Positions 1 to 8,840 of a stretch of 32,000 bases of DNA are shown here, in pieces. A program made the position numbers and the translations under genes. The notes under the pieces were generated by a model. The model saw only the letters and a program-made list of their open reading frames with translations, had not been told where the DNA came from and ran no database searches. This DNA comes from Halogeometricum borinquense DSM 11551. Its GTDB lineage: Archaea; Halobacteriota; Halobacteria; Halobacteriales; Haloferacaceae. The stretch is taken from the NCBI RefSeq assembly GCF_000172995.2, contig NC_014729.1, forward strand, positions 2,220,001 to 2,252,000, in the 5' to 3' direction. Within the stretch, counting starts at the first letter, position 1, and every line of letters begins with the position of its first letter.

Positions 1-129
1 TCCGTCCGCTCGCTCCCCGAGTTCCTCGTACGTGTATCGGTCGCCGGTCGTCGCAACAACCGCCTCTTTGTCGCCATAGTATTGCCGTGCTCGGTCCAAA
101 AAGTCCGTGACGAGCAGTGGTTTCTCCAT
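1..129 (-). CDS. AMP-dependent acyl-CoA synthetase/ligase, N-terminal 43 codons only (rest lies beyond the left edge)
   Basis: Reverse-complement translation from the ATG at 129-127 gives MEKPLLVTDFLDRARQYYGDKEAVVATTGDRYTYEELGERADG. This is the typical N-terminus of fatty-acid/medium-chain acyl-CoA ligases (DFLDRA..YGDK.AVV ... TY.EL). It stays open to the window edge. Confidence 0.6.
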   Translation of the reverse strand, partial: MEKPLLVTDFLDRARQYYGDKEAVVATTGDRYTYEELGERADG

Positions 130-303
130 CGTGTATTTACTTCACTAACGTCAATGATAAATTCGTGGGTCAGCGCAAACGTTCCCCACCGCTCTGGACA
201 GCTATTACGGATATGGAGTAGAACTGTTTACTCTAAACAGGAGTATATTCCAACATATTAAACGGAAGAAAGTAACTTTAGGACGTACGTCTAACAGTAA
301 TCC

Positions 304-555
304 ATGCCACTCTCAGAATATACCGGGCAATCGCCGCTGGGGAACGAGGACGCCACGGTGGTTCGTGTCGTCCCGCATCGACTGTGGCAACCCGGACAGA
401 CGCGGACAGAAGCGTGTACGAACTGCGGTGAGGAACTAGTCCTTTCGGAAGAACACCTTCTCGTTGTCCTCGAAGAAAGAGGAACGCGGACGCGACGCTA
501 CTTCAGTGAGGAGTCGTGCATCCGGGCATGGTTGGGCGAAGAAAAACAGGACTGA
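304..555 (+). CDS. small hypothetical protein (83 aa) with CxxC and a degenerate zinc-ribbon/TRASH-like layout
   Basis: ATG-initiated ORF in an otherwise AT-rich gap, with acidic composition. It contains CTNCGEEL...(24 aa)...YFSEESCIRAW, which resembles the CxxC...FCSxxC..W pattern with one Cys replaced by Ser. No other coding frame competes here. Confidence 0.5.
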   Translation: MPLSEYTGQSPLGNEDATVVRVVPHRLWQPGQTRTEACTNCGEELVLSEEHLLVVLEERGTRTRRYFSEESCIRAWLGEEKQD

Positions 556-630
556 TGGAAACGGTGTTGCAACCGGGACGACCGCTCCGTCAGTAGGCCA
601 TCCAGCGGTGAGGCGGCGGGCGATGCGATG

Positions 631-2610
631 TCAGTCGTTTTGGACCTTCGATTGAATCTCGGTGACGATTTCGGGATTTCGGAGGGTCGTGGTGTCGCCG
701 AGTTCCTCGTCGTTCGCAATCTCTTCGAGCAGCCGGCGCATTATCTTGCCGGAGCGCGTCTTCGGCAGTTCAGGTGTGAAGACGACCTGTTCGGGTCGAG
801 CGATAGGACCGATAGCGTCCTCGACCCCGGCGACGATTTTGTCGCGCATCTCGTCGGTTCCCTCGTAGCCGTCTTCGAGGATGACGTACGCGTAGACGGC
901 TTCACCTTTCACCTCGTGGTCACCGCCGACGACTGCTGCCTCCGCGACGCCCTCGACGCCGACGATGGCCGATTCGATCTCCATCGTTCCGAGGCGGTGC
1001 CCGGAGACGTTTAGCACGTCGTCCACACGGCCGAGGATGGTGATGTAGCCGTCCTCGTCTATCTTCGCACCGTCCTCGGGGAAGTACACCCACTCGTCGG
1101 CGTCGGGGTCGGAGTACTCCTCCCAGTACTCGGAAATGAACCGCTCGTCGTTGTTGTACAGCGTGCGGAGCATCCCCGGCCACGGTTTGTTCACCGTGAG
1201 GTAGCCCGCCCGCCCGGCTTCGACTTCCTCGCCGCCGGGGTCTACGACACGGGCGTCGATACCGGGGAGGGGCGGCCCGGCGGATCCGGGCTTCATCGTC
1301 CCGATACCGGGGAGCGTCGTGACCATCATCCCGCCAGTCTCGGTCTGCCACCACGTGTCCACAACGGGACACTCCTCGTTACCGATGTGTTTGTAGTACC
1401 ACTTCCATGCGCGCGGGTTGATCGGTTCACCCACCGTACCGAGAAGGCGGAGCGACGACAGGTCGCGGCGTTCGGGGAACTCTGTGCCCCATTTCATGAA
1501 TGCACGAATTGCCGTCGGCGCGGTGTAGAACACGTCAACTGCGTACTTCTCGACGAGTTCCCACAGTCGGTCCCGTTCGGGGAAGTCAGGCGTTCCCTCG
1601 TACATCACCGTCGTTGTCCCCAGCGAGAGCGGGCCGTAGACGATATAGGAGTGTCCGGTAATCCAGCCGATGTCTGCCGAACACCAGTAGGTGTCCTCGG
1701 GCTTGATGTCGAGGACGGCGTGTGATGTCCACGACGTGTACGCGAGATAGCCACCGGTGGTGTGTTTCACTCCTTTGGGTTCGCCCGTCGTCCCCGAGGT
1801 GTACATGAGGAACAGCATATCCTCGGCGTCTCGCGCCACGGGTTCGACGCGTTCTCCGTCGTGTGTGTCCAGCAGGTCGTCCCAATCGTGCTGGTTGCCC
1901 TTCAAATCGTGGCCGAAGCCGTCGTCTCCGAGCCTATCGACGACGACGGTGGCATCGACGCCGTGATCTACGCCACCGAGACCATCATTTGCTTTCTCAA
2001 GATGGTCAAGGGCGTCGCCGCGACGGTAGTAGCCGTCACAGGTCACGAGGAAGCGCGACTCCGCGGAGTTCATCCGCGTGGCGAGTGCGTCGGCGGAGAA
2101 CCCGGCGAACACGACCGAGTGGGGCGCGCCGATTCGGGCGCACGCGAGCATCGCAATGGGCAGTTCCGGCACCATCGGCATGTACATCGTCACCACGTCG
2201 TCTTCCTCGACCCCCAAATCGAGAAGCGCCGCGGCGAACTCGTTTACCTCACGGTAGAGATCCTGATAGGTGTACGTCCGCGTCTCACCATGCTCGCCTT
2301 CCCACTTGATGGCGACGCGATTTTTGTCACCGTTCTCGACGTGTCTATCAACGCAGTTATACGACGCGTTCAGCGTTCCGTTGACGAACCACTCGTAGAA
2401 CGGTTCCTCGGAGTCGTCCAGCACCTCGTCGTAGTCCTCGAACCAATCCAGCATCTCGGCCGCACGCTCCCAACTGTGCGGCCAGTCCTCCTCAAACTCG
2501 TCGTAGATAGCTGGGTCCGAAACGTTCGCCTGTTCGACGAACTCGTCAGAGGGTTCGAACTCCTCCTGTTCAACTAACCGCGCCTCAAGTTCACCGTCAC
2601 CATCTGACAT
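631..2610 (-). CDS. acs: acetyl-CoA synthetase (acetate--CoA ligase, AMP-forming)
   Basis: 659 aa. Diagnostic motifs are YTSGTTGEPKG, WWQTETGG, GRVDDVLNVSGHRLGTMEIESA and LPKTRSGKIMRRLL. Length and N-terminal region (YDEFEEDWPHSWERAA) are typical of Acs. Confidence 0.95.
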   Translation of the reverse strand: MSDGDGELEARLVEQEEFEPSDEFVEQANVSDPAIYDEFEEDWPHSWERAAEMLDWFEDYDEVLDDSEEPFYEWFVNGTLNASYNCVDRHVENGDKNRVAIKWEGEHGETRTYTYQDLYREVNEFAAALLDLGVEEDDVVTMYMPMVPELPIAMLACARIGAPHSVVFAGFSADALATRMNSAESRFLVTCDGYYRRGDALDHLEKANDGLGGVDHGVDATVVVDRLGDDGFGHDLKGNQHDWDDLLDTHDGERVEPVARDAEDMLFLMYTSGTTGEPKGVKHTTGGYLAYTSWTSHAVLDIKPEDTYWCSADIGWITGHSYIVYGPLSLGTTTVMYEGTPDFPERDRLWELVEKYAVDVFYTAPTAIRAFMKWGTEFPERRDLSSLRLLGTVGEPINPRAWKWYYKHIGNEECPVVDTWWQTETGGMMVTTLPGIGTMKPGSAGPPLPGIDARVVDPGGEEVEAGRAGYLTVNKPWPGMLRTLYNNDERFISEYWEEYSDPDADEWVYFPEDGAKIDEDGYITILGRVDDVLNVSGHRLGTMEIESAIVGVEGVAEAAVVGGDHEVKGEAVYAYVILEDGYEGTDEMRDKIVAGVEDAIGPIARPEQVVFTPELPKTRSGKIMRRLLEEIANDEELGDTTTLRNPEIVTEIQSKVQND

Positions 2611-2708
2611 AGGTCGTGTTAACTACCGAACCACGGCTGATAAATCTATGTGAACGAACAAACAGATTATCAACCGACGGCGGCGAGATAGTCAGGTCTT
2701 CGAGAGGG

Positions 2709-4412
2709 TCATCGGGTGACGCCAACCGTCTCGCGGTACGTCCCGTGTTCTTCGGCAAACACGTCCATAATCTCGCCCATCGTGGCGTACGCTTTCACCG
2801 CCGCTATCAGTGCTGGCATAACGTTGTCGCCGGCTTCGACAGCTTCCTGAATCTCGTCTAACGCGGCTTCGACTTCCTCGTCGTCTCGTTCCGCTTTGAC
2901 GTTTTCGAGGCGTTCTAACTGCCGTTCTTGCGTCTCCTCGTCCACCATGAGGAGGTCAGGACGGGTGTCTTCGTCCATCGTGTACTTGTTGACGCCGACG
3001 ACAATTTCCTCCTCGTCTTCGACGCGCTCTTGGTATTCGTACGACGCCTCCTGAATCTCGCGGTGGAAGTAGCCCTCTCCGATTCCGGTGAGGATACCGT
3101 CACGGACGGATCCATCGCCCATCTCCCGTATCTCCTCGATGTACGCCATCGCCTCTTCCTCGACTTCGTCGGTGAGCGATTCGACGAAGAAACTCCCGCC
3201 GAGAGGGTCGATCACGTCCGCCGCACCTGACTCCTCTGCAATGATCTGTTGGGTCCGGAGGGCGACCCGGACGGCCTCTTCGCTGGGCAGTGCGAGGGCT
3301 TCGTCGTAACTGTTCGTGTGAAGACTCTGCGTCCCACCGAGAACGCCCGCGAGCGCCTGAATCGTCACGCGGACGATGTTGTTGAGGGGCTGCTGGGCCG
3401 TAAGCGACTGACCAGCCGTCTGCGTGTGGAATTTCAGACGCTTGGATTCTGACTTTTCGGCGTCGTACCACTCCTCCATCACGCGGGCGTAGATGCGCCG
3501 AGCGGCGCGGAACTTCGCCACCTCCTCGAAGATAGAGTTGTGCGAGTTAAAGAAGAAAGAAAGCAGCGGCGCAACGACATCGACATCCATCCCGCGGTCG
3601 AGTGCGTCCTCGACGTAGGCGAAGCCGTCTGCGAGAGTGAACGCGAGTTCCTGTACGGCCGTCGAACCCGCCTCGCGGATGTGGTAGCCCGAGACGGAGA
3701 TGGGGTGGAACTTCGGCGTCTGCTCGGCCGCGAACGCCACAGTGTCGGTTACCAACTCAAGCGACGGCTCCGGTGGGATGACCCACTCTTTCTGCGCGAT
3801 GAACTCCTTTAGCATATCGTTCTGGAGGGTGCCGCGAATCTCCTCTCGCGGAACGCCCTGCTGGTCTGCAAGGGCGATGTACATCGCGTAGATAACCGGC
3901 GCGGAAGGGTTGATAGTAAAGGACGTTGATACTTCCCCGACGTCGATGCCGTCGAACAGAATCTCCATGTCGCGGAGAGTATCGACGGCGACGCCCTCCT
4001 TGCCGACCTCACCGTCAGCAAGCGGGTCGTCGGAGTCTTTTCCCATCAGCGAAGGCATATCGAACGCCGTCGAGAGGCCCGTCTGACCCTCGTCGATGAG
4101 GTAGTGAAATCGTTCGTTCGTCTCTTCTGCGGTACCGAACCCGGCGAACTGTCGCATCGTCCACGTCCGGCCACGGTACATCGTCGGATACGGCCCGCGG
4201 GTGAACGGGTACTCGCCGGGGAACCCGAGATCTTCCTCGAAGTCGAGGTCCGCCACGTCGTTCGGCGTGTACAAATCATCGACCTCGAGGTTTGAAATGG
4301 TTGCAAACCGGTCTTTCCGCTCGCCGAACCGGTTTCGTACTGGGTCGCGTGTTTCCGATTCCCACTCCTCACGAGACTCACGGATGTCCGCGAGTTCGTC
4401 CTCGTCGTACAT
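2709..4412 (-). CDS. mcmA: methylmalonyl-CoA mutase, large catalytic subunit (split archaeal type, no B12-binding domain)
   Basis: Motifs are RTWTMRQFAGFGTAEETNERFHYLIDEGQTGLSTAFDMPSLMG, TINPSAP and HTQTAGQSLTAQQPLNNIVR. The protein ends before any DxHxxG cobalamin domain. The ORF track begins at 4472, but the acidic MYDEDELADIRESREEW start at 4412 is more plausible than the preceding basic, Cys-containing 20 aa. Confidence 0.9.
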   Translation of the reverse strand: MYDEDELADIRESREEWESETRDPVRNRFGERKDRFATISNLEVDDLYTPNDVADLDFEEDLGFPGEYPFTRGPYPTMYRGRTWTMRQFAGFGTAEETNERFHYLIDEGQTGLSTAFDMPSLMGKDSDDPLADGEVGKEGVAVDTLRDMEILFDGIDVGEVSTSFTINPSAPVIYAMYIALADQQGVPREEIRGTLQNDMLKEFIAQKEWVIPPEPSLELVTDTVAFAAEQTPKFHPISVSGYHIREAGSTAVQELAFTLADGFAYVEDALDRGMDVDVVAPLLSFFFNSHNSIFEEVAKFRAARRIYARVMEEWYDAEKSESKRLKFHTQTAGQSLTAQQPLNNIVRVTIQALAGVLGGTQSLHTNSYDEALALPSEEAVRVALRTQQIIAEESGAADVIDPLGGSFFVESLTDEVEEEAMAYIEEIREMGDGSVRDGILTGIGEGYFHREIQEASYEYQERVEDEEEIVVGVNKYTMDEDTRPDLLMVDEETQERQLERLENVKAERDDEEVEAALDEIQEAVEAGDNVMPALIAAVKAYATMGEIMDVFAEEHGTYRETVGVTR

Positions 4413-4525
4413 AGCCCGGGATTTGCCGGGCAAATGATTAAGGATTCGGGTGCCGGCACAACTGTCAGACAATTGAAAGTCGAACGAACAGACCAGTTAT
4501 TTTGGTCCAAGTATTAGCCGGGCGC

Positions 4526-5140
4526 ATGTGTGATCAACGACCCGCAGACGATGGAAACACGTTCCGACGACGACACTTTCTGCTTGCCAGCGCGGGCGTC
4601 GGAGCGGCGTCTCTCGCGGGATGTCTTGGGGGCAACGAGGGTGGCGGCGACGGAGGGCAGACGACAGCACCCACAGCGGTCACGATACCGGAGGGTTCGA
4701 CCTGCGAAGTGTGTGGGATGAACATCCGACAGAATCCCGGACCGATAACGGAAATCTTCTACCAAGACAAGCAACCGAACGGCCACGACAACCCCGCACG
4801 CTTCGACAGCGTGTGGGAAGCGTACCAGTACGAGTTCGAAAAGGACGACGCCGGATGGACGGACGTGGCCTTCTACGTCACCGACTACTCGTCCGTCGAG
4901 TACCGGACGTTCGAGGAAGGCGGCGACACCTTCATTTCGAGCAACTACGAGTCGTCGGCGTTCGTCCCGGCCACCGAGGTCACGTACGTCGTTGACTCGT
5001 CGGTAAAGGGGGCGATGGGCCGTGATCTCGTCCCCTTCTCGAAGGCGTCGGACGCGGAGTCGTTCCAGTCAGAGTTCGGCGGATCGCTGGCGACACACGA
5101 TGAAGTGACTCCTGAGGTCATTGCTGGAATCGGTCAGTGA
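4526..5140 (+). CDS. nosL: NosL-family copper-chaperone-like lipoprotein (Tat signal + lipobox)
   Basis: Twin-arginine motif FRRRHFLL is followed by the hydrophobic stretch and lipobox LAGC. The CEVCGM motif characteristic of the NosL family is present. I chose the ATG at 4526 over the TTG at 4502. The stop overlaps the next gene start (GTGATG). Confidence 0.75.
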   Translation: MCDQRPADDGNTFRRRHFLLASAGVGAASLAGCLGGNEGGGDGGQTTAPTAVTIPEGSTCEVCGMNIRQNPGPITEIFYQDKQPNGHDNPARFDSVWEAYQYEFEKDDAGWTDVAFYVTDYSSVEYRTFEEGGDTFISSNYESSAFVPATEVTYVVDSSVKGAMGRDLVPFSKASDAESFQSEFGGSLATHDEVTPEVIAGIGQ

Positions 5141-7125
5141 TGGCGCTCCTGACGCCAGCGGAGACGCGATGGGTAGTGGGCGTGGTGGCCGTTATCCTCC
5201 TTCTTGCTAGCGTCTCGTTCGTCTTAACGCCGGTTAGCGGCGAGCAGTTGCAACCCGTCAACTACGAAGATACGGTGGACATGGGTGGAACTGGCGTTGA
5301 CCTCCGCCGGGCCGAAGCCGAGGGATTCGTCCTTCCGCGCTCGGAGGTGTTTTTCTCCGGCTACCGGTATGTCGTCGGCTACGGCGGTGTCGATACCGCG
5401 GCGAGCGAACTGGCCGACCCCAGCACGCGGCGGCAGTTCGGGCGTCCGCTGGCCGTCTACGTCTCGGACTTTTCGACGATTTCCCCGACGCTGTCTGAGG
5501 ACGGATTCGTCGTTCCCGAACAGGGCCGCGCCGTCGGGTGGACAGCGGCAGAATCAGCCCACTTCGTCGTCGGAAGTGAGGCCCGCGTCCCCTCAGGACC
5601 GGCGGTACTTCCGTTCTCGAAGCGGCAGGATGCAACACAGTTTGCGGCGGCCAACGGCGGCGACGTGGTGGACTGGAAAACGCTTCAGTCCCGCGTCGGT
5701 GACCCACTGCAGAACCGACTCGCGCGGTTCGAGCGCGAGGAGACCACACGGCGAACGTGGGCAAACGAGACGGTAGCGACGGCCGACGAGCGTCTGGACC
5801 GACCGCGCTCGGTCGTCGTCGGAGAAGACGCCCCAACTGTTGCCGCCGCTGTCGAAGCGGCACCAGCGAACACCACCGTCTTCCTCCCGGCGGGGACGTA
5901 CCGCGTCGATTCGGTCGTCGTCAACCGCTCTGTGACCATCGCCGGTGCGGGACCACAAACGGTTATTCGCGGTGACGGAAACGGGACTGTCTTCCACCTC
6001 CGCGCGGACGGCGCGGCAGTGACCGACCTCCGGATTACGGGCGTCGGCGACGTGGGGAGTCGCGGGTTCGACCGGCGAAACGAGACGCTAAACTGGGATA
6101 CGACGGTCCAGTTAGCGTACGGGTACGGCGATGCCGCGATAGTTTTAGACGATGCCGACCGCGGCGTCGTAGCCGACGTAACGATAGACACACCAGCAAG
6201 CGGCGTTATCGTCCGTCACAGTAACGAATCGGTGCTACGGAATCTGACCGTCAACGGAGCCGACACCGCCTCAGAGGGGTTTATGGGTGCCATCCTCATC
6301 GGAGCGCGGAGCGTGGTGGAAGAATCGACGTTCTACGACGGCCGCGACGGCGTCTACACGCACCGCGCCGACGGGAGTGTCGTCAGAGAGAACCAGTTTG
6401 CACCCGGCAGATACGGCGTTCACGAGATGTACACCTCGGAAACACTCGTCACAGACAACGTCGTGCGCGACGCGCAAATGGGCATCATCGTGATGACCCG
6501 ACCGACAAATAACCTCATCGTCGGCAACGAAGTCAGAGACAGCGAGTTCGGCATCGTCCCCGCCGGAGGCGACTCCTACTACGCCGAAAACGTCGTCGTC
6601 GGCAACGAGTACGGCCTACAAGTCGCTGGCGACCGGAACACGTTCGCCGCAAACGTCGTCGTCGGCAACGACGTTGGACTCCGAGCGACGGATATTCTCC
6701 CGTCGAACTGGGTCGTACGAAACGACGTGGTAGCGAACGCCCGCCGGGTTGCGTCAAACCTCGGCCCGCTTCGAACGTGGACGCATCACGGTGTCGGCAA
6801 CTACTGGGGTGCGCTTCCTCTCCCCGATGCCGACGGCGACGGCGTTTACGACCGCGCGTACCAACCGTCTGGTTCAGTCGATGCCCGTCTCGGTGAGACG
6901 CCGGGAACGACAACGCTGGCCCAGTCTCCCGCCGCCGCGACGCTCCGCCGCGTCCGGGACGTTGTCTCCGGACTCCGACAGACGGGCGTCGTCGATACGG
7001 CGGCGCGAACCCGACCGTTCGACCCTGAGGCGGTGGTTGAAGCGATGAATGCGACAGAGACGACGAATAGCACCGTGATCGATGCAGCGGACACCAGCCA
7101 GCAGACCGGAGGTGCATCAGCGTGA
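5140..7125 (+). CDS. nosD: NosD-like periplasmic/extracellular parallel beta-helix protein with N-terminal membrane anchor and an extra NosL-like domain
   Basis: N-terminal hydrophobic helix (WVVGVVAVILLLASVSFVL). The central part has repeated about 21-aa units (LIVGNEVRDSEFGI / VVVGNEYGLQVAG / VVVGNDVGLRATD) typical of PbH1/NosD right-handed beta-helix repeats. The DNA shows a 21-nt perfect direct repeat aaacgtcgtcgtcggcaacga at 6588 and 6651. Many N-x-S/T sequons are present. The start is the ATG at 5140 (or GTG 5137), overlapping the nosL stop. Confidence 0.8.
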   Translation: MALLTPAETRWVVGVVAVILLLASVSFVLTPVSGEQLQPVNYEDTVDMGGTGVDLRRAEAEGFVLPRSEVFFSGYRYVVGYGGVDTAASELADPSTRRQFGRPLAVYVSDFSTISPTLSEDGFVVPEQGRAVGWTAAESAHFVVGSEARVPSGPAVLPFSKRQDATQFAAANGGDVVDWKTLQSRVGDPLQNRLARFEREETTRRTWANETVATADERLDRPRSVVVGEDAPTVAAAVEAAPANTTVFLPAGTYRVDSVVVNRSVTIAGAGPQTVIRGDGNGTVFHLRADGAAVTDLRITGVGDVGSRGFDRRNETLNWDTTVQLAYGYGDAAIVLDDADRGVVADVTIDTPASGVIVRHSNESVLRNLTVNGADTASEGFMGAILIGARSVVEESTFYDGRDGVYTHRADGSVVRENQFAPGRYGVHEMYTSETLVTDNVVRDAQMGIIVMTRPTNNLIVGNEVRDSEFGIVPAGGDSYYAENVVVGNEYGLQVAGDRNTFAANVVVGNDVGLRATDILPSNWVVRNDVVANARRVASNLGPLRTWTHHGVGNYWGALPLPDADGDGVYDRAYQPSGSVDARLGETPGTTTLAQSPAAATLRRVRDVVSGLRQTGVVDTAARTRPFDPEAVVEAMNATETTNSTVIDAADTSQQTGGASA

Positions 7126-7988
7126 CTAACAGTGTGAAGGACGAATACGCACAGAACGACACGGCGGCCAGCGACGGTGAGAGTGGATCAAACGACGAAC
7201 GCGGTTCCGACGCGGGCCACGTCGAAGCAACCAACGCGACTACTGCACTCCGCGCCAACAACATCTCCCGGTCGTTCGGCGACGTTTCGGTGTTCTCGAA
7301 TCTCTCGTTCGGCGTGGAACGAGGGGAAGTGTTCTCTTTGGTCGGCCCGAACGGGTCCGGAAAATCGACGCTACTCGAAGTCCTTGCGGGCGTCCGGCCG
7401 ACCAGTACCGGATCAGTGACGGTGTCACAACGCGAAGACGGGGTCCGTGAAGTGGGTTACCTACCGCAACGGCCCAGTTTCCGCGACGGATTCACCGCGC
7501 GCGACACCCTCGACTTCTACGCGCGCTTTCTCGACGGTGTCGGCGACGACGAAGTAACAGAGACGCTCGAACGGGTCGGACTCTCCGGCGTCGCAGACCG
7601 GTCGGTAGGGTCGCTGTCCGGCGGGATGACTCGCCTCCTCGGACTCGGACAGGCAGTGCTCGGTGACCCGGCGGTTCTCGTCCTCGACGAACCCGGCAGT
7701 GGACTCGACCCGGCGATGGTCGAACGACTGTTCGGTATCGTCGGCGAACTCGCTCAGTCGGGATCCGCCGTGGTCGTCGCATCGCACGAACTTCCGGCCA
7801 TCGAGACGTACGCCGACACCGTCGCGGTCCTCGACGGCGGCGAGTTCGTCGCTCGCGGGACGCCTGAATCGCTTCTGTCACAGGCCGAAGCAGACACTCT
7901 GCCCGACGCGTTCCTCCGTCTCGTCGGGGCCGAAGCAGGGTCGGTCACAGTTCGCGCGGACGCCACCTCGCGGGAGGCTACTCGATGA
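7122..7988 (+). CDS. nosF: ABC transporter ATP-binding protein, NosF-like
   Basis: Walker A GPNGSGKST, signature LSGGMTRLL, Walker B VLVLDEPGSGLD and an H-loop SHE. The GTG start overlaps the nosD stop (GTGA). There is no in-frame ATG before the Walker A motif. About 45 aa of acidic N-terminal extension. Confidence 0.85.
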   Translation: MTNSVKDEYAQNDTAASDGESGSNDERGSDAGHVEATNATTALRANNISRSFGDVSVFSNLSFGVERGEVFSLVGPNGSGKSTLLEVLAGVRPTSTGSVTVSQREDGVREVGYLPQRPSFRDGFTARDTLDFYARFLDGVGDDEVTETLERVGLSGVADRSVGSLSGGMTRLLGLGQAVLGDPAVLVLDEPGSGLDPAMVERLFGIVGELAQSGSAVVVASHELPAIETYADTVAVLDGGEFVARGTPESLLSQAEADTLPDAFLRLVGAEAGSVTVRADATSREATR

Positions 7989-8824
7989 ACCGCGACTCGT
8001 TCGACTACCTGTTCGTCGTGGCGACGCGCGAACTCCGGACCGTCGCCCGAACGCCCGCACTCCTTGCGCTCGCTGCGGCGTTCACCGTCAGCATCGTGGG
8101 TGTCGCGTGGGCCGGATCCGGCGGCGGCGGCGGATTCGTCCCGCTGACGCTCGACCTCCTGACGTTCGTCGAGGTGCTCGTCCCGTTGCTCGCGTTCGCC
8201 TTCGGCTACCGAACTGTCGTCGAAGACAGGCTAACGGGCGAACTCGACGTGTTGCGAACGTACGACGTGAGTCGAATCGCATACGTCGGCGGCGTCTACG
8301 TCGGCCGCGGCGTTGCGCTGGTCGCCACTGTCGTCCTCGCGCTCGTCCTCGGTGGTGCGCTCGTTCCGCTGTTGACCGCCGACGTGCCGACGTTTCTCGC
8401 AATCAACACGGCAGCGGACTCGGCGCTTCGGTTCGTCCGATTCGTCGTCCTCGCGGCGGCGTTCACGTTAGTCGCACTCGCGGCGACGCTGGCTGTTTCC
8501 GCCGCGGCGCGGACCGTCCGGACGGCGTTCGCGCTGGCGGCCGTCCTCGCGGCGCTGTTCGTGCTCGGTATCGACACGACGCTCTTGGCTGGACTCGCCG
8601 CCGGCGTCGTGCCGGCCGAGGGCATCGCTGGACTCCTCGCACTGAGTCCGAACAGCGCGTTCAGAGGGCTCGTCCTCTCGTCAGCCGTCGGCGTCGTCGG
8701 CGGTGCCGAGGTCACCGCTGGAAGCCCACTCTGGAACGTCATCGGACTCCTCGTCTGGTGGGTCGGCAGTCTCGGGATCGCTGTGTGGCGTGTCTGGCCC
8801 GCCGTCGAAGACGTGACCAACTAA
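7985..8824 (+). CDS. nosY: ABC-2 type permease, NosY-like
   Basis: 279 aa, about 6 hydrophobic segments, Ala/Val/Leu-rich. The ATGA start/stop overlap with nosF indicates translational coupling. Its position after a NosF-like ATPase matches the nosDFY arrangement. Confidence 0.75.
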   Translation: MNRDSFDYLFVVATRELRTVARTPALLALAAAFTVSIVGVAWAGSGGGGGFVPLTLDLLTFVEVLVPLLAFAFGYRTVVEDRLTGELDVLRTYDVSRIAYVGGVYVGRGVALVATVVLALVLGGALVPLLTADVPTFLAINTAADSALRFVRFVVLAAAFTLVALAATLAVSAAARTVRTAFALAAVLAALFVLGIDTTLLAGLAAGVVPAEGIAGLLALSPNSAFRGLVLSSAVGVVGGAEVTAGSPLWNVIGLLVWWVGSLGIAVWRVWPAVEDVTN

Positions 8825-8840
8825 AACAGAACAGACGGAT

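Noticed and set aside
6515-6671. Repeated aacgtcgtcgtcggcaacga-type DNA repeats as a possible non-coding repeat array
   Set aside because: The 63-nt period equals the 21-aa parallel beta-helix repeat of the NosD-like protein (xVVGNxx units), so it is coding-level repetition and not a CRISPR or satellite.
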